Origin: Sphagnum compactum
Lineage: Eukaryota
Length of the DNA: 64,000 nt
NCBI GenBank assembly: GCA_965153455.1
Contig: OZ234494.1
Coordinates: 1,922,001 to 1,986,000, forward strand
Direction of reading: 5' to 3'
Position numbers and translations under genes: made by a program
In this document: one piece after another, positions 51,351-64,000 of the stretch
Layout: each line of letters opens with the position of its first letter
Numbering within the stretch: position 1 is the first letter of the stretch
The notes under the pieces: generated by a model
What the model was told of the DNA's origin: nothing
Databases searched by the model: none
What the model saw: the letters and a program-made list of their open reading frames with translations, nothing else

Positions 51351-52450
51351 AGGCTCACAATGTATGGCAAAAAAATCAGGCATCCATTCATATGTACATT
51401 AGTTTTCAAGTTTGCAAAATAAATCAATATATATATTTGAATAATCGTTTGGTATTTTCCAATTCTAAGAGGTGCTTATATTTGAATATATATGCTATTG
51501 GAAAATTGCACAAATGTAATCTTAGATGTTGAGTTGTGTTTGTAATTTAAAACAATAAGTTTACTTTCAAGGTGAGCGTTGTAGAAAATCAAATTGTAAG
51601 ACCGACCTTCCTTCATTCAAATGAATGCAATTTCCATTCAACCAATCCAAATCAATTGATTCTAGTTGGAATTGATGTACAAATTTCAAAAATTCAAGCT
51701 CTTCAAATCTTGAAATGTTATGTTAATCTGTCACTTGCCTAAACAAGTTTTTAAAAGGTTGGCAAAATGTTCAACTTGAAAATAAACCTCTAGACACTTA
51801 TAATGTCAGTGCCACCAAATTCCTTATTCATATCTAGCATGCATTAGCTCATTAGAAAACTAATTACAAGGTGCACAAGCACACAAAATTTCAAGTTCCG
51901 CTTTTTAATAAAAAATGAAATAAGCCACAAAATTCGAGAAGGTTGTATGAAACATTTTCAAGATTGAAACATTCAAGCTCAAACCTAAATCATTCCTTAG
52001 GGATGTTATTTTGTGAGTGTGCAAATGTGAGTGGTGAGCAAACAAACATGAACAAATTTTTTCTGGGAATATTTTATTGATGTTGACGAAATATTTGGAG
52101 AATATTATTTGACACATGGGACATAATAGTTGGTGATGTGGAGGAATATTTTGCCATGTGTTCATAGATGAATGATATTTATGGATGAAAATGTGGATGA
52201 CAAATGAAAATGGATGAACTTTTTCATGAACATTGACAACAAACTTTTTTTGCAAAATGCTAAACAAAAGAAACACGATGAAAAACATTTATGTTGGTTT
52301 ATTTTGAAATTTTAAAACATGAAATATTAAAATCATATTTCAAATCATACTTTATATTAACTTAATGTGAAGTATATTAAGTTTTGTAGCATCTAAATCA
52401 TATAGAATGTTAAACTATATCCAATTCAGTGGCATATAAACTTGTTGACC

Positions 52451-52627
52451 CACCAAGAGGTATGTGTCAATCCAAACACTACATGTTCACCACCAAGAAA
52501 CATGTGTCAATCTAAACACTATTTGTAACCCACCAAGAGATATGTGTCAATCCAAACACTACATGTTCACCACCAAGAAGCATGTATCAATCCAAACACT
52601 ACATGTTCACCACCAAGAGGCATGTGC
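52451..52627. repeat. 40-bp tandem repeat, ~4.4 copies
   Basis: CACCAAGA at 52451, 52491, 52531, 52571 and 52611. Confidence 0.93.
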
Positions 52628-55600
52628 CCATTAGGAATTGAAACAATATGAAACAGTCAATGACACTTTACATTGATTATACCATTTAAAATTGTTTTTT
52701 TATTTTCATGCATTCTTTCAACCTCTTGCGTCTAAAACCATTCTTGCTACTTGTATAATCAAATTCATATTTCTCCCATTATTACTAATTTGCATGATTT
52801 ATACCTCAATTTGCATTTACTCCACCCTTACTACCTAGTTGCATCCTTCCTACTTCTACCACGTGTTTACAATCGTTAAACCTTTATTTTACAATGGCAA
52901 GAAAAAATTTGACACTAATTGTCACACCAAACACCTTGGAATCTATGATTGAATATACATTAATCTCAAGCATACTAGATAGAATATGTGAGATGACAAA
53001 AAAAAACCTTTGGAATATTCAAGATATGAGACCCGGCTAATCCCCCTCCGGCATTTACTAGAAATTTGAACCTGGGGAATAAAATGGAAAAAGGCAATTG
53101 ACAAAAGAGATGAATGGGTGGCATGGTGATGGACAAATGTGAAGTTAGACAAATAAAGTCTCGCATTGCTCAAATAGACTATAAACATTCCCAAGGAATA
53201 TATGGAAGGTAATTGGGTGATGTTTACACATGCCATGGATTTTTCCAAAAAACATGCAAATTTGAAGAACTTCATTCCAGAACATTTTTTCACAAGCTTA
53301 CTCTATGATTTGTCGACAAAGGATTTGGTAACCATTGGCAACTTATTATCAATACAATTCATGAAACATAAAAACAATTGTATGCAACTTTAGGTAAACG
53401 AACTTGGGTGCCACAAAATTTTTGGAACAAAGTGTTAAAACATCCCGTGAATCATCAAATGATAGGGCTAGCCTTAAAACCATAAAACATGTATGATAAT
53501 TGAAAACAACAACGCATGTCGACAAATGGAAGAGGAATTGAAATCCCATTGTTTGCATTAAATTGTGGTTCAATAGATGTGTTAACATAAATATTTGTTC
53601 AAAATATGTGAAATCATAAAGAAATATTTTGTTATGAAAAAAAGAAATAAAATGAAGGTTGAACTTGAACATTGAAGTTGCTTGTTGAACAAATTCGTAA
53701 TGACTATTGAAACAAACATTCACTGAATCATTTGGTTAATGTTGTACTATTCCAAAATTACCAACTAGATAGTCCAATCAAAACCAATGGTTGTCATGCT
53801 AAATTTAAATGTAAAATTTGAATGGATAACTACAAGTATGTCACCAACCCGACTTGTTCCCAAACGTGGATTATTTTGTGCATTCAATTTAGTTTTATTT
53901 TGAAGTTGAAAGGTTCAATTAAAAAACTTAGGATAAAGTTTCTTCATTTGTGTCATGTCACGATATCCATATCCATGGCTCTTGTCGAACACCATCAAAT
54001 TTGGATTTGTAGTTGTCTATAAGGAAAAAAAAAGTTGAAGAGTGTAGATGCAAAGTTCAAGGCAGAGGTTAGATATTGGGCATCTATTACCACTTGCAAG
54101 ATTACAAGATATATGGGACACTACTCAAAATGTTTTCCCGAAGTTTCTAAGCAACTTACGATTACCACCTAAAAACAATCCATGGCCAATAGACCCATCA
54201 AATATAAATTTTAGAAAACAATTTCATCAATAATGCAATTATTTATTAGGATTCCAAGCGCCTAAAAAAAAAATCTAATCTTAGAAAACAAATGGCCAAA
54301 AGACAATTCAAATGCAAGAGGATGATCCATGTGAAAGAACAAATATTTGTTTATAGCAGGGAAATGGACTAGCTAGTGGAAGCCAAAACAATTAATAATG
54401 AGGTGGAGGAGGAGGATTTGCAACATGCCCAAATGGTAGAATGAGAGTCGAATGATGAACAAGAAAACACAATGCTAAAGACATCATGCCTAGAAGATGC
54501 CATGACAAATGAAAAAGAGGAAGGCACAAAACTTGTGACACCAAGGACAAAAATGGGCTCCAATAATGCGAGCAACACACCTAGAGAAATTGGCTTTGCT
54601 CAATATGTTCGACACAAAGATAGACAATGTTGTTGATATTCAAAAAAAATAGTACTATAACACATAGAACAATTTATAATCCAAAATGTGTTGTGAAAAA
54701 CTCAATTTGGACGTGAAGTTTTGTTGATTGGAGAGAACAATTTTAGAAGTACAAGAGTTGGGTTTTTTTAGCATTAAACATAGATTGAATTGTTGAAAGC
54801 AAAAGGCTTGAAACATCATAGAGTTTGTATGTAGTCATAATTAATTTTAGTGCATGTAAAAAAACATTTAAGGAAAAAAATGGAAGTTGTAAACCGGCAA
54901 TAAAGTTCCAATTAAAGAGAATTAGTTAGTTACAAGCTTGTAAAATATAGTAGGAAATTATTCACTTGCTAGCACAAACTTTTTAAAAATAGGACAATAT
55001 CCTGATTTCTTTCCATTGCATGTGAAAAACATTGTTTAGCGATAATCATTCTCTTGTTCATGTTCACACGCTCATGAGATAGCATGCATTCCTTGATAAT
55101 AATGCATTAATAGCAATGAAACACATGTTCATAGCTAGTAAAAAGTGTGTATGGTGTGGAACTATATGTGATTTCCTTATTATAAGGCTAACTTGAACAA
55201 GAATATGATTCAATATTTTATGAACATGAACCGTTTATAACACAAGTGAAACAAGTTCAAATATATGAATTATAAGGTTCAACAAATTGTTGAAAGTAAA
55301 ATAAATGATTGAAGGCAAAAAAATCACCTTTAGTTGGGTAGTTGGCAACCATTATTACATTAAGTGTCGACCACCTACATCAAGATACCACAATGCAGGT
55401 ACTTACGAAAGGATGTTGATAATGATTTCATGTAAAAAATGGAAGTCATGTTTTGATTGTGTTTATGGTTGTTTTTGAGAAGTGGTTGAATGTGAAAAAA
55501 GAAAAGCTTTCTATAGGCATAGTAAATGTATGAAGGTGTTACATTGTAGAGGTCTGCCAATGGTCATGATGATAGAAAAAACAATAATGAGAAGGCAAGA

Positions 55601-57899
55601 AACTATCCGTTGCAATATCTTGGCGAGGAGATCATTTGGAGAGGAACAATTCAAAAAGAAGAGTATGAAGAGTTTTTCACCTCGCCAAAAAGACCAAGAA
55701 AAAAATTGTCATCTAATTGTCATACAAATGCAATGAAAGATTTGACATAACACTTTGTAGACAATTTCAACGTTTACACCCTCAAAGGCAATAGAAGCAA
55801 AAAAAAGATTAATGGCAAGGAAAAATCAAAGTTAGTAGAGGATGTCAAAATTCTTGTTTTAAGCGATGTACAAGAAGTGGAAACCATTGACAACGATAGT
55901 CCAATCGTGACAGAAGTTGACATCTAGGAATTCAAAGCCAGAATATTAATGTGTTGAAACCAGCATATGGGAGAAGTAACTATGTGTAAAAAACTAGTTA
56001 GAAGTTGTTTTTAAGTTACATTTTTCAATGGATGTTAGCAATTGTGTGTTTAGAAAAAAATATATATAACGTGCCTGTGAGAATAATCGAGATGTAACTA
56101 GACGATCCTGATCCTAAATGGTGAACTTTGCATTTATCTCTATATACAAGAAATTCCCTTGCATAATGAGTGCACACTAGTTGCTATTCTTATTGATTTA
56201 AATGGTTTCATGTAAAAATCCCTGGATAAGCATACCTAGAATGTATTTATGATAAAACTCGATACCATGACTAGTTCATTAATATGGATAGAACCATATT
56301 AGCCCTACAAAATGATATTTGTAGAAAGAAAATCATGGAAAAAAACTTCTTCAACTTTTCAATTTGTATGTTAGGCTTGTAGTTAATTCGAATTGAGGAA
56401 CTAACTATAAGCTCTCAACATATAATGAATAGAAAATTTTCTAATGGTGGAAATGAACTTTTTTTTTTTAATGAAATAAACGAAAGGAATTGCTTGTTTG
56501 TGAATTTGATTTTACAAAACACACAATTACTTACTTATAAGTATAGTTTCAAGAATGTGTAATATATAAAAAAAGCTTATCAAAAGCAACCGAAATATGA
56601 TTTGTTAAATATTTAAAATCAATAGATATTATGAATCTTGTCAATTACAATTCCATTTGGTTTAATCTAAATTGTGATGAATAAAAAAATTAAAATTAAA
56701 TTGATGATTCCCATTACTAAACTATTTAATATTAATTATAAATTTCCCCTGATTAATCTCAATGGAAATTACTAAAGGCCATTGCTTTGGGGAAAGGTTT
56801 AATGAAGGAATTGTTGCAAAGGATATCATGGAGAAGACATCAAAGCCATGGCAACTGAACTTCACAAACATAGATGAACATACATGCAATGGCATATAAC
56901 ATTTACACATTAAAAAAACAATAATGAATGAGGGAACAATCAAAATATTGGAAGCATGAATCAATTGCATGAATTTCAAATGCTTTAAAATTGAAGTGAT
57001 GGTTGAGCTTGACACATATATACGAACATAGATGCAATGGAAAATGTGATGTACACATAAAAACTGTTAAAATTAATGAAAAATGAATCAAAATATAAGA
57101 AGCATGAGTCCTTTCCATGAATATCAAATGCTTTGGCAATGATATGACTACACTAAATTGCTTTTTAATTATCTTGAAGGGTGTTCATTGGCATTTCATA
57201 TATTAAAAGATTAACATAACTCACAACACGACCATGAAATCCATCATCCCATGAATTGATCATTGTTGGCAAGCTAAATATTTTGAAATTTTTTTGAATG
57301 TGCAAAATGAAATTGAACTTTCACATATTGAAATTTGAACAGAGTTCTCCACCCAACCTTAGGATGACGAACATTGTGTCATCCACCCTCAAGTTCAACA
57401 AACAGTAATGAAAAATAACAAACACAACTAAAACAAAAAGTGAAAAAACTATCAAGCACTGGAAACTTTAGCCTCATCATTAGTAAAGGCGAAAACATAA
57501 GGATCGTAAAAAAGTGAGGAAATTGTAAATAATGGCGAGGATTGCATATTCATTATAGCATTAGCCCAAGCCTTAACATACGAAAGTAATATTGAATTGG
57601 TTGAAGAATGGAAGTTTTCGAAATGGATTTCTATAAAAAAATTGGATTTAGTTTATTGTAATAGATGTGGGCAATAGTATGAAAGATCTAGAAGACTTGA
57701 AGTTGGGAATGTTATTCACAATCTAGAATAATTCATCGTTTCTTCTTCATAGGGGAGTCAGGATCAAAATTATGTGGTTTTTACTATTAACTACAGTAAT
57801 TACCTAACACTAATTCGAAATGGAACACTAATTAACAATTGAAACAGTTACCTAACTAACACCAATTCAAAAGTGTAGCACTAACAAGTAATTCAAATT

Positions 57900-58350
57900 A
57901 ATTTTTAATTAAATAAAAAAACACTATTTAATTATTAGTTATACATATTATGAATTAGCATTTACAGAATCAAATATATATTTAATACATGTGAATATCT
58001 AATTAAGAATAATTATAAATTAACACTTATAATGATTGTATATTAACACTTGTAAAGTTCAAATCTATATTTAATACATGTTAACATATATTTAAATAAA
58101 ATAATTATATATAATAACATATAAAACTCACATCTAATATCTATTTAACGAAATAATTATATATTAAAATTTATAAAGATCAAAATTTTATTTAACACAT
58201 GTTATTATTTAATTAACAAGATAACTATAAATTAACACTTATAAAAGTTATATATGTACATAATACATGTTAATATTTAATTAAAAAGATAATTATATAT
58301 TAATATTCATAAAGGTCAAATGTATATTTAATACATGTTAACAATAACCT
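57900..58350. repeat. AT-rich degenerate tandem repeat (~60-bp units)
   Basis: Recurrent tatttaatacatgtta / ataattatatattaacacttata motifs. Confidence 0.6.
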
Positions 58351-58554
58351 AAGAAAAATAGCTCAAAATAACTTAGTGTAAAATAACTTTGAATGGAATA
58401 AATTAAAATAATAAATAATAATATAATATAAAATAATATTAAATGGAATAGCCAAAAATAACATAAGGTGGAATAGTCTAAAATATTCAAAAATATTCAG
58501 AAATAAAATAACACATAATAGGATAAGGTCGAATTGCTTATAATACCCAAAAAA

Positions 58555-59295
58555 TTGTTTGCATGAGTTTTTTGGTACCCTAGGTTGCATAGGCTTTTTC
58601 ACAAGCTGCCTTGGTTATTTTGTAATGTGTTTGGGCTTTTCCTAGCCTACTTAGGTTTTTCGTAGGTTGCATAGGTTTTTCCATAAGCTTCATGGGTTCT
58701 TTCCTAAGTTGTTTAGGATTTACATAGGTTATATAAGCTTTGTTTTAAGGTGGCTAGGTTTTAGGGCACTTGGGCTTTTTCTTAGGCGACTTAAGCTTTT
58801 TCCTAGGCAACCTCAATTTTTGCCTAAGTTGCATGGGCATATTCCTAGGGTGCCTATGCTTTTTCCTAAATTGTTTAGGTTTTTTCATAAGTTGCATGGG
58901 CTTTTTCCTCAGGTGCCTAAACTTTTTCCTAGGTTGCATGGGTTTTTTCCTAAGGTGTTTAGACTTTTTCCTAAATCGCTTAGACTTTTTCATAGTTGCA
59001 TGAGCTTCTTCTTAGGATGCCTAGATTTTTCCTAAATTGTTTAGGCTTTTTCATAAGTTGCACGAGCATTTTCCTAAGGTTCTTAAGCTTCTTCCTTCTG
59101 CTTAAACTTTTTCATAGGTTGCTTTGGCTCTTTGGTACCCTATGTTACATAGGATTTTTCATAGGCTTTGCAAACTTTTTCCTAGGTTGCTTAGGATTTT
59201 TCCTAAGTTGCCTAAGCTTTTTAATAGATTACATGAACTTTTTGTTAGGTTACTTAGGTTTTTTTAAAAAATTACTGAGGCTTTTTCTTAGGTTT
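58555..59295. repeat. Degenerate ~21-bp minisatellite (ttttcctaggttgcatgggc-type)
   Basis: 7-aa periodicity in the spurious ORFs (KKPMQLR; GFFLGC). Confidence 0.85.
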
Positions 59296-60745
59296 TTAGT
59301 CAAAGATCTTATCATGTAATTGAGTTTAGTTATTCTTGCTTTTGGGAGATATTGTTCTTAACCAGGGGTGTAAATCCTTGGCCTTTTACAATTAGGACCA
59401 AGCTTTTGGCATTGGACCTAGGCCTTTTACATTAGGCCCAAGGTTTTTGTGCATGAAAGTTGGCCAAGCTAGGCCTATGGGACATGGGCCAAAGATTTTT
59501 TCACATATATAATAAAAAAGTTAGGTCTCTTAGAGTTGGGCCTTGAGTTCTTGATGTAGGGGTTTGGACTACTCTTTTTGTGTTTGGGATTTTCTTTTAA
59601 AGGGGACGCATTGGCCATAACCTCTTGGATAGGAGGATGGGCAATCCTGAGCCTCTTGAATTCAAGAGGCTAGTGATTTCTTGGTATCAACTCTAGCATT
59701 TTATACTTGGGCTGGAGTTTTCTTAACATATGCATCAAGGTGGCCCAAGCCTCTAGGCGTGGGCTTAGGCTTCTTGGACATAAAGATGGGTTGGTCCAGG
59801 TCCAATCAAAAGTATGATGTTTTTCATAAAGATGGCCTTCTTGGACATGGGCCTAGATCTCTTGAACACATGTCATCTTGGCCTAGGCTTCTTGAACATG
59901 ACCCAAGGCTAAGCTAGACCCAAGTTTTTTAGTCCTTTCAGGTGGTCCTCCTCTTTCATTATTTGATATGCTTCTTGCAATTGGAGGGGGTTCGGGAACT
60001 TGATATTCCCCTTGTGATTTGCCCTCGTAGGTGGTTCTTTTGGCTTCTTGGACGTGGGTCCTTCCCATTTTGTTCCTTGTTTTCCCCTCATTTGGGTGCT
60101 TTGGTTTTTATTTGATTGGCAAAGGTTTCATTGTCATTCATAGTTAGATAAGGAAACCCTCAATATGGACGAAGACATATGAAATGTATACTTACAAAAT
60201 ACCAAATGAAATGTTCTCTCACAATATCACATTGGTAATAGAAGCTTTGATAACATTGATAGTATTCACACAATATCCCATTCTCCACCAAAGGTCAGAG
60301 CTATATTAATGGCCAAGAAAAATTGGGTACACTTGTGGCAACATATTTTTTTGGTGAAGAACATGCTAATGACCAAGGTCTATAAGCCTTAGGTTTCCAA
60401 AACTTTTGCATTGTGCAGCTTGATGAAATTTCAACATTTGGGCACTTTGGGCACAAAATTCTCAAAAACTTGACAATTTAGAAAATAATTTAATTACTGC
60501 TGAATCCTGCAAACATTGTTCTTATTCACTCATGACACCAAAAAAAATATTAAAAGTGCTTCAAACCCCAAAATCCAATGAGTCTTTCACTCTGAACTTT
60601 GAAGGGGCAAAACTCCCAGAAACAAGGGGGTGTGTCACACTATGGCCTTGCCATTTACACTAAAAAGTATCTTAAGGCAAAAGAAGAATTATAGAAATTT
60701 AAAAACTTCAGTTACTGAGGAAACAAGAACTACAAAGCTACTTAC

Positions 60746-61220
60746 AGAGTAGCGATGGAAAGCATAGCTTCTTCCAACACCACAAGCTGGTTACTGCGGC
60801 TGCTTCTGCCATGAAAAACTCATGAACAGTTGTTGCAACAGGATACCAGCTTCTTCTTCTGTTGCAACAGGATACTGAAAACTCTCGAGTCTGAAAGATG
60901 CTTGCAGAGCTGTGTCTAGCAGGAATTGTAGATTAGAACACATGTAGCTCACGACTGCGCAGGGAAGCAGAAGAAGAAGAACAATGTTGAGGTTTCAATG
61001 AGGAGGAGGAGTAGGAAGAGTTGTTGTTGTTGTTGTTACTCATTGTGCTGCTGGGAAATAACAACTCTAGATTCGGCACAGGGAGACCCAGAAGTAGCTG
61101 CTGCTGATTGCAAGACGGCGCTTCTTCTTGCAATCGACGACGATTACTCCGCGCTGCTATCACCGCCCATTCTCTCTGTCCTGACTCACTCCCTTCCTTC
61201 CTCTCCCTACTGTCGCTGTG
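60746..61220 (-). pseudogene. Orphan first-exon-like fragment (transit-peptide-like, interrupted)
   Basis: ATG at ~61044 MSNNNNNNSSYSSSS...ELHVF*STIPARHSSAS...; local 16-bp duplication; donor CT|GTAAGT at 60745. No downstream exons recognised. Confidence 0.35.
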
Positions 61221-61397
61221 GATAAGAGGTCCAGTTTCCAGCCACGCTTTTGCGGGGTCGGAAATGGGTCCCCACTTTTCACCCCCCGTTTTCATGGGTC
61301 ACTTTTTTTCCTTGCACTCATCCTTGCACACGGATCTTTACAACAACTTCTCAGCTGCTGGCCACTGGGAGTAAAGAGTAAGAGGGCAAATGGGGCA

Positions 61398-61500
61398 GGG
61401 TTAGGGTTTAGTGCAGGGATCAAAGTTTAGGGTTTGTGACAGGGGTTGGGGTTTAGGGTAAGGGTTGGGTGTAGGGCAGGGGTTAGGGTTTAGGATTGGG
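61398..61500 (+). repeat. Degenerate telomere-like / telo-box cluster
   Basis: Multiple TTAGGG/TTTAGGG variants (AAACCCTA on the minus strand). Confidence 0.7.
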
Positions 61501-62575
61501 GAGAGACGGAAGGACTTTTTTCATAGTCCTAAAGTGCACCTGAGTTTAGATCTCTTGGGCTCTAGGCTTGTTTCTAAGGCCTTTGTAAGTAGGTAGGTAG
61601 ATCCTTTTGAGGTGGTGTCAAGAGGACCTACTTTTTAAAGTAATCTTTGAAGCCTTGCCAATAAAACATCATCCAGGGGTTGGGGTTTATGGATTTTTGA
61701 GAACTGTCCATGGAGCATGGAGGAACGTTGATGGAGTAGTTAGGAATGTTAGTGGAGCTTTGAGGAGTGTCACCATTCATTATAGAGCATCGTCATTTGG
61801 TCATTCACAGATTTTAATGGTGTTGGAGACCTGCATTTTTGAGGTTGTTTTGGGGCATGAGATAGGAGGTTCAGTTTCAGTCTCCCTTTAGTTGGTATGC
61901 CCTTGTGTGGTAGGCTTCTTTAGGCCTTCTTCTTCTTGCAATTTGGGTGGTGTGGGTGTTGGTTTATTTGATGGAGGTTCCTCCCTTTATGGGAGATGTG
62001 GCCCCTAACTCCTCTCTCCCACCCATGACCCTTGGCAAAGGTCCTTCGACCTATTACCTTTAAACAAGGGCCTTTCTATATAGTTTTGGCCCCTCCCTCT
62101 TTCCCTTGTGTCATTATGACTTCTGCTTTAATCCTAGTTCATCCAATTAGGGCATTTCGAGCTTATGGGCCAATCGTACCATCTATCCATGTTGAGAATA
62201 TGAGTTGATCCCCCCTCAATGTGATACCCCTTGTTCTAGTTGTGGGGCTTTATTTACATGTCTTGGTTTGGCACGCCATCAAAGGCGGTGCCAATTTTTT
62301 CAAGTTAGTTCATTAGGGGGCAATAATAGTATCCCATCCCTCTAGACCCCATGCCCCCCTCTAGTAGTTTAGGCATGGATATTGAGTTTAGATCCCCTTG
62401 GAATTTGTTTTGTTGGGGTGGTGAAGACCCCAAGCTTTGATTGTATTCTTGCATCCTAGTTGTTTTGAGGCAGAAGGTGAAACTAACATTTAGATTTCCT
62501 TTCAATCGCATAGTGCAAAACTCAGACGATGTTACTGCTTGGCACTTTTTTCTTCTTTTCCCCTAGTGGTGCCTT

Positions 62576-63647
62576 CACTATTAGAATTCCAAGTTTTTCA
62601 AACTAAGTTTTTTGGTCAAAAGAAACCCCAAAGTGATAAGCATAAAAAGAACCCTTTAGTTTTTAAAGATAAGTCGATTTTAACAAGTCCAGTATGACTA
62701 ATATGGTTTTTTTACCAACCATGGGGTGGTGCTTTTGCCTGGAGTTTTTGACTGGTACCCTTTGACTAGTGGTCAACTGTTATCGATAAAATATAACCAA
62801 TAAAAATTCATGTACATAAACCCTAAACCCAGGTATACAAATTCATGTACATGAATTGCATGACTTTGAACCCAAAACTTCACAAAGGCATCCAAATGAC
62901 TTAGCCACCAAGTCACACAACTTTTTGTTAATAAAACTTGTGCAACATTTTGTTTTATCTTCTTAACTATGAAATAGTTTGGAAATCCCAACTTTGGCAT
63001 ATATTTTTTATTTTAATTTTTGTTCAAATGAAGCAAATAAAGGCATAATCTTGTAGCTTATTCAAAGATCTAATCAATAAAACCAATATATTTTGTAAAT
63101 GTTGAAATGAATTATAAAAAAATTTCTTGAAAATAACAAATTGATGACAAATTTCAAAGGAGGTACATAACCTTAGGTCAATTGTAAGATGTTAGTCAAT
63201 TAGATAGGTATGTTATATGACGTGGTAGTTGGGTGGGTGGGTGGGTGGGTGGGTATGTAGTTAGTACACCTAGGTAGGTAAGTAAATAGTACATTTATAT
63301 AGGTAAGTGGGTGGGTAGGTAGGTAGGTAGGTTGTAACATTGTAGGTGGGAGGTATGTATGTAATAGGCATTTAAGATGTTCCATTTGACAAAAAAACAT
63401 TAGTGATTTTGACTATTGATGTCAATTTCTTATGTTCAATTTGATTAAATGTTTCATTTGACTAAAACCCATTCATCATTTTGACTAGGGTTGTTCAATT
63501 TGACTAAATGTATTGGTTAAATAAGTCACTTTAGTCAAATTGGTTGGTAAAAAAATACATGCTTTGAACCTTTAGTCAAAATGAACATGGTAAAAAAGAC
63601 CAGTTAAACAACTTGGAGTGTTTGAAAAACCTAAAATTCTAGTAGTT
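62576..63647. mobile_element. Non-autonomous CACTA element (1072 bp) with 3-bp TSD
   Basis: Left TIR CACTATTAGAATTCCAAGTTTTTCAAAC matches the reverse complement of the right end, AACTACTAGAATTTTAGGTTTTTCAAAC. TSD CTT at 62573-62575 and 63648-63650. Confidence 0.88.
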
Positions 63648-64000
63648 CTTCTTTTGGATGCTCAAGATGGGAAGGTTGGGCATAGGGAGACTAGGATTTG
63701 GTTACAAAGGTTCCTTTTTGGTGATTGGGAAGAGCTTCAAGTAGAACATTTGTTGCACACATAAGCCTTAACAGCTATTTTACCTTTGGTCCCCCCTCTT
63801 ATTCGGATGGTGCCTCTACCTAAGAGGCTTCATCCTTTTTTTCCCACTTGGGGCCCCATTGTTTTCGTCAAAGTTTAACCTTAGGGCGAGTTAGGGAGTA
63901 TGTTCGTGCTATGAGGGCCCTCACCTCCTTGGCACTAACTTCAACCCCTTTAGAGACCATTATTATTTTACAGGCTTTTTTCATCCCTTGGATTCATCCT

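Noticed and set aside
52900..57300. Possible SWIM/Ulp1-like (MULE or CACTA) coding remnants.
   Set aside because: Too degenerate to support any motif call by eye.
58667..59319. Repetitive ORFs on both strands (KKPMQ.., GFFLGC..).
   Set aside because: Products of a 21-bp minisatellite.

Overview
Eukaryotic land-plant nuclear DNA: AT-rich, GT-AG introns and TTTAGGG tracts. The repeat style suggests a bryophyte, possibly Sphagnum; this is inference only. Two recognisable genes lie on the + strand. The first is an intact 3-exon chloroplast-targeted 3-dehydroquinate synthase (13257-15598, 488 aa). The second is a 5-exon GT-1-clade trihelix transcription factor (42758-47832), whose third coding exon carries an apparent 17-nt frameshifting insertion with a premature stop. 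Most of the rest is transposon debris: Ty3/Gypsy gag-protease-RT and Ty1/Copia RNase H relics, two hAT transposase relics (one GC-rich and CpG-intact), a Tourist-like MITE in the DHQS promoter, a 4.9-kb PIF/Harbinger-like TIR element, CACTA elements, a complete 341-bp mini-Helitron, tandem arrays and a few orphan coding fragments. The most intriguing unexplained signal is a ~240-nt, ~67% GC island of back-to-back hairpins at 40634-40870, upstream of GT-1, which I cannot assign to a known RNA family. No rRNA, tRNA or CRISPR array was found.
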